A DNA stretch of 64,000 nt from Octopus vulgaris (Eukaryota). Where the stretch lies: contig OX597831.1 of assembly GCA_951406725.2 (NCBI GenBank), forward strand, positions 71,052,001 to 71,116,000. The letters run 5' to 3'. This document shows, one piece after another, positions 1 to 14,350 of the stretch (the first letter of the stretch is position 1; the number at the start of each line of letters is the position of its first letter). Under the pieces are notes generated by a model that saw only the letters and a program-made list of their open reading frames with translations, did not search any database and was not told where the DNA came from. The position numbers and the translations under genes were made by a program.

Positions 1-841
1 ATTATCTGATAGCTTTGAGAATTTGATGAAATAACTGTTAATTTTTAGAATGGTATTGTAGGTTTGAACATAAAACAGGTAGAATATTTTGGCAGGATAT
101 GGTTGGTTTAAATGCTAAAGGATCAAAATGTATGTAACCCATCATATGATCAGCAACTTTGGAAGTATACATTTGCCATTGTGGGTACTATCAGGAAATA
201 TAGCATACATGCAATAACTGTAACTTAACTTTTATTGCATTTCTAGGTGTTTATACAAAATAGTAAAAATGAATACTAATTTTCAAAAGAAAAATATTTA
301 TTCCTCGTAACAAAATTGAATAAAATAAATTTCTCATTTGTATATTTGCAATAAATTATGCTGTTTTCCAAAATTTTCTCAACATAATCTCAATCTACTT
401 CATAGAAAACCTATCGCTGCAAAATTTCATTAAAAAAATATATATTTCTGAAAAAGCTGTACAACACTCATCCTACACCTCTTATGCTAACTCTGTATCT
501 CTTTTACATACTTTCCCCCTCTCTGTATCTCTTTTACATACTTTCCCCCTCTCTGTATATGATGTAAAACACGATTGCAAAAATCAACCAACGCTTATAT
601 CTGCAATTATTAAACAGAGATCATAACTATGAAATATGAGTGTATGTGTACTTCAATGTGTGTTTGTACATATATAATGCAGAAGCATAGCTCTGTGGTG
701 AGAAGCTTGCTTTTCAACCATATAATTCCTGATTCAGTTCCACTGTGTGGCACCTTAGGCAAGTGTCTTCTACTATAGCCTTAGGCCTACCAAAAGCCTT
801 GTAAGTGGATTTGGCAGAAGAAAACTGAAAGAACCCTATTG

Positions 842-1848
<1,007 letters not shown>

Positions 1849-1883
1849 CAAAACGTATATATTTGGTAGAATATATATATTCT

Positions 1884-2113
1884 AGGTGGCGAGCTGGCAG
1901 AACCGTTAGCATGCCAGGCGAAATGCATAGCTGTATTTCGTCTGCCGTTACGTTCTGAGTTCAAATTCCGCCGAGGTCGACTTTGCTTTTCATTCTTTCA
2001 AGGTCGATAAATTAAGTACCAGTTACGCACTGGGGTCGATGTAATCAACTTAATTCATTTGTCTGTCCTTGTTTGTCGCCTCTATATTTAGCCCCTTGTG
2101 GGTAATAAAGAAT
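1884..2113 (+). mobile_element. SINE family B (tRNA-derived, Deu/Nin-like central domain)
   Basis: Head GGCGAGCTGGCAGAA..GAGTTCAAATTC. Central block of the TTTGCCTTTCATCCTTTCGGGGTCGATAAATTAAGTACCAG type. Repeated throughout the window. Confidence 0.85.
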
Positions 2114-2807
2114 ATATATGTGTGTGTGTGTATGTATGTATGTATCTTTATGTGTGTGTTTGTGTGTATTGTATCTTTGTGTCTGTGTTTCAACCACCAC
2201 TGCTTGATAACTGGCGTTGGTGTGTTTACATATCCATAACTTAGCAGTTCAGCAAAAGGGACTGACAGAATAAGTACCAGGCTTTAACAAAAAGCGGAAG
2301 CACTGGGGTTGATTCATTTGACTAAAATTCTTCAAAGTGCTGCCCCAGCATGGCCACAGTCTAGTGACTGGAACAGGTAAAAGATAAAAGATAAAAGAAT
2401 TGTGGGTGTGTAGATATGTGAAGGCTAATGGTACACCACTTATGTTCTACTTCTGTCCTAACATTTGTTTATTGGAACAGACATAATTGTGTAGTTAAGA
2501 CAACATAGCTTCAGGTTCATTTCTTCGGCATGGCACTATGAATCAGCATCAGTTTGCCCAATACCTTGTCAGGGAAATTTGGTAAACAGAAACTGCTAAG
2601 AAGCCATCATAAACATAACTAAAATCCTTTATTTGTTTTATATTTGCTTTTCTATGCTAGTTTGGGTGAGAAGGATATCATTATTGAAGCATTGTTTTAC
2701 AACCAGGTGCCTTTCTTTGAAGGTGAAAATGAGTGGAAAATATGTTGACAGGAGGACAGGAGAAGTAACAACTCTGTTTGTAGCAAGTAGATGTAAACAA
2801 ACACACT

Positions 2808-2845
<38 letters not shown>

Positions 2846-2892
2846 CACACACACACACACACACACACACACTAGCACACACACACACACAC

Positions 2893-3047
2893 AACTACAA
2901 AACAGGCTTCTTTCAGTTTCCATCAACTGGTTCTACTCACAAGGCTTTGATCAGCCCCAAAATATAAAAGTCACTCTCCCAAGATGCCATGTAGTGAGAC
3001 TGAACCTGAAACCACATAGTTTAGAAGCAAATTTCTTAACCGGACAA
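2893..3047 (-). mobile_element. Diverged SINE A 5' half
   Basis: Reverse-complement similarity to the SINE A head and CORE-like block. Confidence 0.7.
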
Positions 3048-3391
3048 CCTTACATATCTAAATATCTTTATGTTTGTTTGTGAGCATGAATTTGTGCCCG
3101 TGTGTGTCTGCGTGCATGTATGCATGTGTGTGTTTATATTTGTGTGTCGACACTGTTTACGTTTGCTGAAAAAACGTGTCCTGCCATTAAGCAAGTTTAC
3201 ATTAATAAGACCAAGGCAATTTATTTTATAAAAGAGAAGCAGATCTCTATCTGTCTGTCCGTCACAACATCTATCAGAGGGAGGGAAAGAAGGGGAGGAA
3301 TCACAACATTTGTCACAATATAATTTTAGAAGAAGCGGAACAGAAAAAGTTATTGAGAGAGAAATTCAGTGAGAGAGAAAGTGTGTGTGAA

Positions 3392-3420
3392 AGACAGACA
3401 GACAGATAGATAGATAGATG

Positions 3421-3480
<60 letters not shown>
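3392..3480. repeat. (GACA)/(GATA)n microsatellite
   Basis: Direct reading. Confidence 0.95.
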
Positions 3481-3481
<1 letters not shown>

Positions 3482-3614
3482 TATTGTCACCATAGTTACT
3501 AACAAGTTTTGATTAAAAACATAATAATTTTAGAGCAAGTCTTAATGTTTAAGTGCAATACAACATAGACTTCAAAAAAACAGGATACATATATATATAT
3601 ATATTGTGGGGGTA

Positions 3615-3665
<51 letters not shown>

Positions 3666-4289
3666 CTTTCAACATATAGACAGTGCAACACACTTTAAAA
3701 ACAGATTTTCGCATTGAGCAATTTCTGAAAGTATATACATGATTAACATATATTTTTACCAGCAACGGGCAACAACCTAGTAATACCTTATTTGGAAGCA
3801 AGAGTTGGTAAGAGAAAGGGCATCTGGTTATATAAAATCTATCTTAATAAGTCTCACTTAAACCAGGCTAGCATGGAAAAAGCAGATACTTACAACAATG
3901 ATGATAAAAATAATTTATTATTATGTTTGTGTTTGCTTGAGAGTATATGTGCGCGCACACGTGAGTGTGTGTGTGTATTCATACATTATATATGAGTATA
4001 GCATGTGTGTATCTAACTGCCATATCTAATGAATAGGTATTACAGCGTTTCCAATTTGTGTATTTTATACCTTTATCTACCCATGTATTTGCTTGCGTGA
4101 ACAAGTGTGTGTGGTTTTGTGGAAGCAAATGTACGAGTAAGTGTGTGCCTACACAGAAACATCAGTAAACGTGCATACAGTCTATATTTGTATGGTGCAA
4201 GCATGCGTGTATGTGTATATGTATGTCTGATATCTACACATATGTACGTACACACACACACATACACAGATATTTTTATACATGCATAT

Positions 4290-4555
4290 ACGTTTGTATG
4301 TATGTATGTATGTATGTATCTATTTATCTATGTGTGTATGTATGTATGTATGTATGTATGTATTATGTATGTATGTATGTATGTAGTTATGTATGTATGT
4401 ATGTATGTAGTTATGTATGTATGTATGTATGTATCTATTTATCTATGTGTGTGTGTATGTATGTATGTATGTATGTATGCAGTTATGTTTGTATGTATGT
4501 AGTTATGTATGTATGTATGTAGTTATGTATGTATGTATGTATGTATGTATGTAGT

Positions 4556-4587
<32 letters not shown>

Positions 4588-4740
4588 TGTATCTATTTAT
4601 CTATGTGTGTGTGTATGTATGTATGTATGTATGCAGTTATGTTTGTATGTATGTAGTTATGTATGCATGTATGTATGTATGTATGTATGTATGTATGTTT
4701 GTATGTATGTATGTATGTATCTATTTATCTATGTGTGTAT
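4290..4740. repeat. Compound (TATG)n satellite with recurring GTAGTT and CTATTTATCT interruptions
   Basis: Direct reading. Explains the MYVC ORFs. Confidence 0.95.
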
Positions 4741-5088
4741 GCATGCATCTGCATGCATCTATGTACATATAATGGTTATTCATGTAAGATTGTACACATG
4801 AGAGACAAACAGGCAGATTTCCACGACAAATTCCTATATAATGAAAAAGCAAAATTTCCAACAATAAATGAATTGTTGTTTGTAGAGACTTAAAGAAAAA
4901 CAGATAAAACATCAAAAGAATAGAAAAACAGTAAACCCCAAAATAAACACGAGAAAGCTAGTATGTAAATATATATGTATATATATATGTATTATGTATG
5001 TATGCATGCATGTGTATGAATATATATATACATGAATATTGTAGTTGTATGTTTTTGTATATGTATATAGACATATAAATTTGTAATG

Positions 5089-5135
<47 letters not shown>

Positions 5136-5152
5136 TATGTATATATATATAT

Positions 5153-5209
<57 letters not shown>

Positions 5210-6515
5210 CATACTTATGCACACACATATATATGTATGTATGTATGTATTTTTTAGAATTTTTTAATCCCCAAATACTTTATTTTTCATTCTTTTTTCC
5301 AATTCTTCAAACAAACTTGATATTTCTAAAGAGTGATTTCTAAAGTGTTACTTCTATTAATGTGCAGTTAGTGCTAACACTTATTTCCTGCTGTGCCACC
5401 ACCTCCACCCAAACTCTACCAAAGAGGATATATCCTTTTCTTTTTTCCTTTTTAATCAAGTCAGGCTTTAGTGAAGATAATACAAAGAAAGTCAGCATCA
5501 ACTGAAATTCAATCAAGTAGAAAGATAGACAGATAGAAAAGTGAGAATCATCAGAGAGAAAGAGAGGGAGGAGGGAAAGTGAAAGAGGGTGAAATGATAA
5601 ACATATAAAGGAAGCATTCTGAGAAAGACATTGGCAAAATTGTTAGAGTCTCAGATCGAATGTCTAGCAATATTTATTCCGGCTCTCTGTACTGTGTGTT
5701 CAAATGATATCAAGGTCAGCTCTAGATAGATGAATAAAGTGACTGTCCTGGGGGCCGGCTCTCCTTTCTCTCTCTTTCTCTTTCCTTCTCTCTCTCTCTT
5801 TCTCTTTCCCCCTCTCTCTCCCCCTCTCTCTCTTTCTCTCCTCCCTCTCTCTCTCTTTCTCTCTCAGTGAATTTTACCTATAATTCAAACATCCCATCTT
5901 ATAGCATCATATCATTAGGGTACATACGTTTCTGAAATATATAAATTCTTGCTCTCCCAAGTTGGTGGAATGGTGGAATAACCAAATGATCAATGTGGAT
6001 ACTATTGAAGAATCTGGTATTCATAAAAAAAACATTATAACTCTTCTGAATTAGAAACAGAAATATGGTGTGGTACACTACATAAGGTAAAGGGTCAAAA
6101 GAAAATAAAAAAACAGAAGAACTTTGTTCATAAACTGAAGCAGTTTTTACCATAGGAAATTCAAGAGAAGGCACAGCAAATTCAAGTTGGGATGTGCACA
6201 GAGTGAAGGAGAGTAACTGGTGCTCTCCTGCTGATACTCCCAGGGTGTTGCCAACTTGGGCATTCATTACTTGAAACACTGTTCATCACCTGAGACGCTT
6301 TATGCTTGAAAAATTGTTCATAAACTAACTTATTGATGATGAGAGGAATTTTGTAAACAGAGGATCCACAGTATATCAGATTTACCTACCCACCCCCCTT
6401 TTCTGTGAATCTATCCCCATACTTTCTTTATATTCACCTTAAACCTTGAAGGTACAACCTCACAATCTCTCCCACCCAGCTAAGGCCATGTATTTATTTC
6501 TTCAACAAGATGTTG

Positions 6516-7133
6516 GTGAAGCCCGACCTTCGCTCTTTAGGTCTCACCGAGGAAATGACCAAAGACCGAAACCTTTGGAAGTATGCTGTGCGTGAGAAGA
6601 CCCGGCAGGACAAGTGAGGCCATAACCCGTGGCCTCTACCTTGGATGTAGTCAGTCCACCTGTGCATACCTTCCTTCTTGGGACACAAAACTCTACTTGT
6701 GAAGACCTGTTGAGGCAAGTGAAAATCAAAATCGAAATCGATCAACATCAATGGAATTTGTAGTTGTGATACCAGTGCCGGTGGCACGTAACAGGACCAA
6801 TTCCGCATCACCTGGTCTCGGTGCTGGTGGCACGTAACAAACACCATCTGATTGTGGCCGTTGCCAGCCTCGCCTGGCCTCTGTGCCCGTGGCACGTAAA
6901 AAGCACCATCCGAGCGTGGCCACTTGCCAGCCTCATCTGGCACCTGTGTCAGTGGCACGTAAAAAGCACCCACTACAATCACGGAGTGGCTGGTGTTAGG
7001 AAGGGCATCCAGCTGTAGAAACACTGCCAGATCTGACTGGGCCTGGTGCAGCCTTCAGGCTTCCCAGACCCCAGTTGAACCGTCCAACCCATGCTAGCAT
7101 GGAAAGTGGACGTTAAACGATGATGATGATGAT
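6516..7133 (+). mobile_element. 5'-truncated RTE LINE (family RTE-1): ORF2 C-terminus, 3' UTR and (GAT)n tail
   Basis: 6516-6617 translates VKPDLRSLGLTEEMTKDRNLWKYAVREKTRQDK*, the RTE DLxxxGL..DR..W motif. The UTR has GGTGGCACGTAAAAAGCACC repeats and a GAT tail. Confidence 0.85.
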
Positions 7134-7189
7134 ACCAGCTCCTACCCACTTATATTTTCATATTCCTCAATATATTACACTCTGTTGAT

Positions 7190-7470
7190 GGGCCTTATGT
7201 TGCAAGTATTTGGTGACCTCACCAGTGCTGGTGCCATGGAAAAAGCACTCAGTAGATCTTGTGAAGTGATGTTAGGAAAGACATCCAGCCATAGAAACCA
7301 TACCAAAGCAGACATAGCAGTTCAGTGCAATCCTCTGGCACTTCAGTTCATATAAAACCATCCAACTCATGCCAACAAATGAAAAAAGGGATGATGATAA
7401 TAATGGTGATGATGATGATGACGATGACGACAACGATGATGATGACAATGATGACAATGATAATAATAAA
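7190..7470 (+). mobile_element. Older, diverged RTE 3' UTR with GAT tail
   Basis: Similar to the preceding UTR (AAAAAGCAC..GTTAGGAAAGACATCCAGCCATAGAAAC), followed by (GAT/GAC)n. Confidence 0.65.
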
Positions 7471-8544
7471 TTGTTAGAAATTATTGACAATGTAAAATAG
7501 AAAAAATTATAAATGAATTTTTTAATAATTAAATATAAAAATAGAAATAGTGGAAAAGTAATTAAAGAATATCTAATTTTTTTAAAAATAATTCAAGGTG
7601 AATTCATGAAGACAAAATAAATATTTGCTTCTGAAAAAGAAATTAATTCTAAACATTTTAGAGTGAAGAGGAGAACAAAGGTTGCAGCACTTACGTATCT
7701 TTCAATTCATTTAATTTACTTTTTTTCCCTCAGTGGGAGTAATTGATGAGAAATTATTTTATCCCATAAATTGAAACTGGGCTACAGCTTTTGTTAATTG
7801 GGAACTTGAAGCTATTCTGTGATATTCATAACTATAGCAATAACATTGCTCTATTGTATAAATACATTCCTTGGGGAGAGAGAGACAAGATTGTAGTTAA
7901 CTCCAAATACTAGCTGGTAGCTATTTATATGAGGTGATGGAGGGATGAAAGATAAAGTCTATCCTTGTGCGGACGTGAGTTTGTGTGAATGTGAAGGCAA
8001 ATATGAGTGTCTATCTGATATCTGCATCTGTACACCTCTGTTAAAATCTATAGGATTTTAATGTAGAATGAAAAGAGCCACGATTGAAGATAACATGGCA
8101 ATTTTGACCAATCTTCAACTGATTTTGCCATGCAATCATCATCATCATTTTACATCTGGTTTTCTGCACTAGCATCCTGTCGATCATTCCAGTTCTTCGA
8201 CGTCTGGCACACACAGCAACAAAGAAAAGCTTGTCTGTTCTAGTGCATATGCTGTATCCAAGTACCTTTTCTATCTTCAACCATTCTACAAAGTGTAATC
8301 AGTGCAATTTTCATGCTACCAGCACTAACATGATTGTCCCTGACAGGATTAAATACTATCCTCAACTCTGCAACACTTTTAGACATTTTAGTTATTTATT
8401 TATATATTTATCTATTATTAAACCTAGGTTTGCAACTGGATGAATCTCCTCTCACCAACCATTTCTCTGAACGTTGATTATAAAAATGGTCACAAAATAA
8501 TGATCAAAGGAGGTACAGTTGCATAAATGAGTTCCATTTGTTGA

Positions 8545-9737
8545 CCCACTTATTCTTATTCTTATTCTTATGTCTTCAGGAAGATGAAAGGAAAAATCAG
8601 CTTTGACTGCTTTTAACACAGGATGTAACTAAATATTGTGGGACATTTTGTACGGGCATAACCAATCCTTTCTACCATAGGCACATGGCCTGAAGCTTTG
8701 TGGTGGGGGGGGGCTAGTAGATTACATCAACCTCAGTGCTTGACCACTACTTATTTAATTGATTCTGAAAAGAGGTAAGGCAAAGGCAGCCCCAGCATAA
8801 TTTGAACTTAGAACCAAAAGGCAAATAAAATGGTACTAAGCATTTTGTCTGGCATGCTGAAGATTGTACTAGCTTAATTCTATATAATAATACTTCTAAG
8901 TTTTGGCACAAAGCCAGTAATTTGTAGGGAGGAATAGGTTGATTATGTCAAGCCTAGTGCTCAAGTGGTCCTTATTTTATCAACCCCAAAAGGATGAAAG
9001 GTAAAGTTGACCTTCAGCGGAATTTGAATTCAGAAAATAAAGATGGAGGAAAAGCTGCAAAGCATTTTTGCCTGGATTGCTTACGATTCTGCCTCAGTCC
9101 CACTTGATAACAAAAATCGTTTCTTGCAGAAGCACAAGGCCTGAAACTTTGTAGTAGAGTATGTCTGACTTTTACTTTATATAATCAACTCTGGAGAGAT
9201 GAAGGGCAAAGATTGACCTTGAAAAGAGAGGAAAGAACACATAAGGAATTTTGTCTAATGCTCTAATGATTCTGCCATTTCACCACCATTTAATAATTGC
9301 TTCTAATTTAGACACAAGGCTAGCAATTTTGGGGAAGAGGGAATTCATAGATGCCATCAACACCTTTAATTGACTGACACTTTATTTTATCAACTTTGGA
9401 GGGATTAAAGGTAAGGTGGACCTTGACAATTTTTGAACCCAAATATAAAGAACTGGAACAAATATGCAAAGCATTTCCTCCAGTGTTTTAATGATTATTC
9501 CATCCAATACAATTAAAATTTCTAAGATAAACACAAGACAACAAATTTTGGTGATGGGTTAGGTTAGTCAATCAAATTGATCCCAATACATGCAAGGCAC
9601 TTTATTTCAGCAACCCCAGAAGGATGAAAGGCAAAGCTGGTCATGACTGGATTTGAATTCAGAATGTAAAATGATTTAACTATAAATTACAAAGCATTTT
9701 GTCTTTCTTGAATTTGATTCTGCCACTCACCAGCCTT
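8545..9737 (-). mobile_element. Head-to-tail array of ~6 diverged family-B-type SINEs
   Basis: GGATGAAAGGCAAAG..TTTGAA(C/T)TCAGAA..AAGCATTTTG recurs roughly every 200-230 bp. Confidence 0.75.
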
Positions 9738-9754
9738 AATGATAATATTTATCT

Positions 9755-9953
9755 GACAGAATCATCAGCACACTTGACGAAATGCTTAGCAGTACTTTGC
9801 CTGTCACTACATTCTGAGTTCAAATTGAGTTGAAGTCAACTTTGCCTTTCATTTTTTTGGGGTTGATAAAATAAATACCAGTTGAACACTGGGGTCAATG
9901 TAACTGACTCATCCCCACCTCCCCTAAGCTGAACTTGTGTGAAAAATTTGAAA
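9755..9953 (+). mobile_element. Family-B-type SINE
   Basis: TTCTGAGTTCAAAT..AAGTCAACTTTGCCTTTCAT..GGGTTGATAAAATAAATACCAG. Confidence 0.75.
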
Positions 9954-9967
9954 TTATTATTATTATC

Positions 9968-10011
<44 letters not shown>

Positions 10012-10067
10012 CATTATTATTATTATTATCATTATTATTATTATTATCATTATTATTATTATTATTA

Positions 10068-10129
<62 letters not shown>
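9953..10129. repeat. (ATT)n microsatellite, shared tail region of the two flanking retroelements
   Basis: Direct reading. Confidence 0.95.
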
Positions 10130-10650
10130 GAGTGAGAGAACAGTGCACACCATCAAAGTGACTTTTGGGTACAAATATATAAATCCCAGTACACCCACCA
10201 TGACTACCCATCTGATAAGGGTACACCATGCACATGCATCACAGCTACATGCGTACAACATGGCAACCTCATATCAAGATAAACAGCACATGATCTTGCA
10301 GGTGGGGACCAGTTAGAATTTTCTTCATGTCAATTAGTCCATCCTGCTTAAAAGTCCCTTAATAAGGATTATTTAAGGATGATAAGCGAAATACCTATGT
10401 TTTCAGAGGTGGATTATTCAAACTCCAAAGAATTCCTCTCAACACATGGCTATGATGCTTCCTCACTATTCTTGTGCATGATCACAGATGCACATATCGT
10501 CAGCCACAAAGGATATACTCAGTTGGTTAAGATCAAGCAAGTGAAAAGCAAATCTGCAGTATTGGGCAGAATATTTGTTGTAGCCCACTTTTTACACCAT
10601 GAAAAAACATGTTTACACTTTCAATCAGTTAAAATGAGAAACCATGAGAC
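10130..10650 (-). mobile_element. Unclassified retroelement 3' portion (family E) with (AAT)n tail
   Basis: The same sequence recurs at 63578-63750, and inverted at ~61270-61432. It ends in a trinucleotide tail. Confidence 0.7.
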
Positions 10651-10910
10651 CTACTGCTGGCAAGCTGGCAGAAGCTTTGGCACACCAGACGAAATGCTTA
10701 ATGGCATTTCTTCAGGTTTTATGTTCTGAGTTCAAATGCTCCCGAGGTCACTTTGACTTTCATTGTCTAAGGGCTGATAAAATAAGAATAAGCACTAGTT
10801 GAGCACTAGGGTCGACAAAATCAATTAAACTACTCTCTTAGGATTTTATGTCTTTAAATCTTGATATCATCCATCATCATGTTATATTATCCTTATATAT
10901 ATATATATAT

Positions 10911-11532
10911 CCGTGACCGTGACTGTGACTGACCAGTCTATCAGATGTTGCTACACATCGCTGGTCACAATGTGCTTCACATTGTTTTAGCCCTTAAATG
11001 ACACCACCCCGCTGGCTAAGCGAGCAGGCCAACAGAGGAAAGAGTGAGAGAAAGTTGTGGTGAAAGAGTACAGCAAGGTTCACCACCACCCCCTGCAGGA
11101 TCCTTGTGGAGCTTTAGGTGTTTTCGCTCAATAAACACTCACAACGCCCGGTTTGGGAATCAAAACCACGATCCTACGACCGCGAGTCCGCTGCCCTAAC
11201 CACTGGGCCATTTGCCTCCACATATATATATCACTGTGATCACCGTGACCGACCAGGCTATCAGATGTTGCTACACATCACTAGTCACAATGCGCTTCGC
11301 ATTGTTTTAGCCTTTAAATGACGCCACCCCGTTGGCTAAGCGAGCAGACCATCAGAAGAAAGAGTGAGAGAAAGTTGTGGCAAAAGAGTACTGCAGGGAT
11401 CGCCACCACCCCCTGCCGAAGCTTTAGGTGTTTTCGCTCAATAAACACTCACAACGCCCGGTCTGGGAATCAAAACCGCGATCCTACGACTGCAAGTCCG
11501 CTGCCCTAGCCACTGGGACATTGCGCCTCCAC
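10911..11532 (-). mobile_element. Two tandem copies of tRNA-SINE family D (~10911-11220 and ~11231-11532)
   Basis: Head GGAGGCGCAATGGCCCAGTGGTTAGGGCAGCGGACTCGCGG..GGTTT(C/T)GATTCC with A and B boxes. Matches 40638-40937. Confidence 0.88.
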
Positions 11533-11552
11533 ATATAAATATATATATATAT

Positions 11553-11603
<51 letters not shown>

Positions 11604-12136
11604 GGGAGGGAGAAAGAGTGAGAGTCTTGGAAGAATGAATATATATATGTATGCTGTAAAATCCCCATGTGATTTATGCATTTTTTCTCACAAAAATGAA
11701 AATAAAATTTAGGGGTGTGTGAATTACATGAATTTGTTTTAGAAACTTTTTTGTTGGGAAAAGACATACAAAACATAAACATTTGTACTGGAAGTTGACT
11801 CATTTAATGTCAGAAAAGGTTTTTATGGGAAAAATAATGGCTTAAATATAATAACGTTGACTTTTATTTATGCTGGGCGGTATAATGCTTGCTTTTTCTG
11901 TATAAATTTACTAAAACCATTAAATGGTTCGCTACTTTTTGAAGTCTAATGTTCATGCTGGTAAACATGGTCTGGGCCATATTTTACATTGCTTGGAGTT
12001 TCTACCTATCGCAATGGAGTACCATTGACATACATAATGATATGGATAATCTTGATTGTATGGTTTTATTTTTGTCTGTTTTCCTTTTTTTTGTTATGAG
12101 ATCACCAAAATTGTTGAGGATGGTAAGGAAAAGGAT

Positions 12137-12524
12137 GTGGCTGTGTGGTAAGTAGCTTGCTTACCAACCACATGGTTCCGGGTTCAGTCCCACTGCATGG
12201 CATCTTGGGCAAGTGTCTTCTGGTATAGCCCCGGGCCGACCAAAGCCTTGTGAGTGGATTTGGTAGACGGAAACTGAAAGAAGCCTGTCGTATAAATGAA
12301 TATATACATATGTGTGTGTGTATGTGTTTGTCCCCCTAGCATTGCTTGACAACCGATGCTGGTGTGTTTACGTCCCCATCACTTAGCGGTTCGGCAAAAG
12401 AGACCGATAGAATAAGTACTGGGCTTACAGAGAATAAGTCCTGGGGTCGATTTGCTTGACTAAAGGCAGTGCTCCAGCATGGCCGCAGTCAAATGGCTGA
12501 AACAAGTAAAGAGTAAAGAGTAAA
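12137..12524 (+). mobile_element. SINE A
   Basis: Near full-length match with (GAGTAAA) tail. Confidence 0.92.
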
Positions 12525-12641
12525 TGTTTAGGATTTACATCCTGGCTGCTACCATTCTTGATATTGCTGTGGGCTGCCAACTACCAGGAGCAATGTGCAG
12601 CTGCTCAGTCACAATCATGTCTAAAATAACATTTTCTGGAA

Positions 12642-13346
12642 CATCATCATCATCATCATCATCATCATTTAGCGTCCGTTTTCCATGCTAGCATGGGTTG
12701 GACGGTTCTACTGGGGTCTGTGAAGCCAGAAGGCTTCATCAGGCCCAGTCAAATCTGGCAGTGTTTCTACGGCTGGATGCCCTTCCTAACGCCAACCACT
12801 CCGTGAGTGTAGTGGGTGCTTTTTACGTGCCACCCGCACTGGTGCCAGACAGAGCTGGCAAACGGCCACGAACGGATAGTGCTTTTTATGTGCCACCGGC
12901 ACGAGGGCCAGGCGAGGCTGGCAACGGACATGAAACGGGGCGGTGCTGGCAACGGTCGCGAAACGGAAAGTTCTCTTACATGCCACCGGCACTGGTAACA
13001 CATCTGCAATTTCCATTGATCGATTTCCATTGATCGATTTCGATTCTGATCCTCACTTGCCTCAACGGGTCTTCACAAGCAGAGTTTTGACATGCCACCG
13101 GCACTGGTAGCACATCCGCAATTTCCATTGATCGATTTCGATTCTGATCCTCACTTGCCTCAACACGTCTTCACAAGTAGAGTTTTGTGTCCCAAGAAGG
13201 GAAGGTATGCATACGTAGGCCGGCTCCATCCCATGTAGAAGGCCACGGGTTATGGACTCACTTGTCCTGCCGGGTCTTCTCGCGCACAGCACACTTCCAG
13301 AGGTCTCGGTCTCTAGTCATTTCCTCAGTGAGACCTAAAGTTCGAA
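12642..13346 (-). mobile_element. 5'-truncated RTE-1 LINE with an internal ~100-bp direct duplication
   Basis: Minus strand reads RTLGLTEEMTRDRDLWKCAVREKTRQDK*. Same UTR as 6516-7133. 12978-13068 is repeated at 13070-13187. Confidence 0.85.
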
Positions 13347-13377
13347 AACTTAACTAAAACAATAAACAATTTTAAAA

Positions 13378-13802
13378 CAGGAGTGGCTGTGTGGCATAGG
13401 CATAGGAGTGGCTGTGTGGTAAGTAGCTTGCTTACGAACCACATGACTCTGGGCTCAGTCCCACTACGTGGCACTTTGGGTAAGTGTCTTCTACCATACC
13501 CTCAGGCCGACCAAAGCCTTGTGAGTGGATTTGGTAGATGGAAACTGAAAGAAGCCCGTCGTATATATGTATATATATGTGTGTGTGTATGTTTGTGTGT
13601 CTGTGTTTGTCCTCCCAACATCGCTTGACAACCGATGCTGGTGTGTCACGTCCCCATAACTTAGTGGTTCGGCAAAAAAGACTGATAGAATAAGTACTAG
13701 GCTTACAAAGAATAAGTCCCGGGGTCGATTTGCTTGACTAAAAGGTGGTGCTCTAGCATGGCCACAGTCAAATGTCTGAAACAAATAAAAGAATAAAAGA
13801 GT
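13378..13802 (+). mobile_element. SINE A with duplicated 5' end
   Basis: AGGAGTGGCTGTGTGG occurs twice, followed by the full body. Confidence 0.92.
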
Positions 13803-14140
13803 ACTATATGAAAATGTACAGGAAATGTGTAACAAATATTATTATAAAGAAATGGATAATATTTTATTAAACAGTTTGTATTTCAATCTCATTGGGGATT
13901 GGGAGCAAAGGAGGTATTTACTGTTTGCTTCTTAAAGTCAGTCCTGTTTATCAAATCCAAAGAACTCATCCTCAACATCCGACATAAAAAAATGCCTCTG
14001 CATCAAAGTCAATAGCTACCTTGTCATGATAATATACATCCATTGCATCATCTTTATCCTCAGCTTGATCATCATATGTTGCAAGTTCAGATTGCCACAA
14101 AACATCGTCCTGCATACCATCAAGGTGGTTGGAGATGCTG

Positions 14141-14350
14141 ACTGATTGACTGACTTGACAGCATTCACCCGGGGTGGATTGAGCTGGCTTCATTCATCCT
14201 CAATGTTGCATCTCTCACAAATGCCGACCAGGCCTGGCGATTTGAGGCTAACGACCGCGTGATCTCCAACCATTCCTTATTCCAGCGGTGAACGCCATAG
14301 ATATGGGGGCCTAGGTTGGGTTCCAGATTAGCCTTGACTGTCATCAGCCA
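14141..14350 (-). mobile_element. 5'-truncated RTE LINE (family RTE-2) with 14-bp TSD
   Basis: Reads WLMTVKANLEPNLGPHIYGVHRWNKEWLEITRSLASNRQAWSAFVRDA..PG*, then an (AGTC)n tail. Flanked by GGTTG(G/A)AGATGCTG at 14127-14140 and 14351-14364. Confidence 0.85.

Noticed and set aside
1-125. piggyBac-like MITE end (GCTAAAGGATCAA), with similar ends at ~17345 and ~43460
   Set aside because: TTAA and TIR are degenerate and the partner end is not identifiable.
4073-5343. Long ORFs such as MYVCMYVC and YIYIYI (also at 24.7-25.2, 28.2-28.8, 30.0-30.4, 47.4-47.9 and 52.4-55.1 kb)
   Set aside because: Stop-free translation of microsatellites.
5899-6330. 126-aa ORF, or a possible PLE remnant with CTGAGAC..GAAAAATTGTT
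   Set aside because: No recognisable protein motif, and the hammerhead core is incomplete.
12161-12352. Recurrent ORFs MSSNARGTNT.. and MTTDAGVFTS..
   Set aside because: Read-through of SINE A copies, not a gene family.
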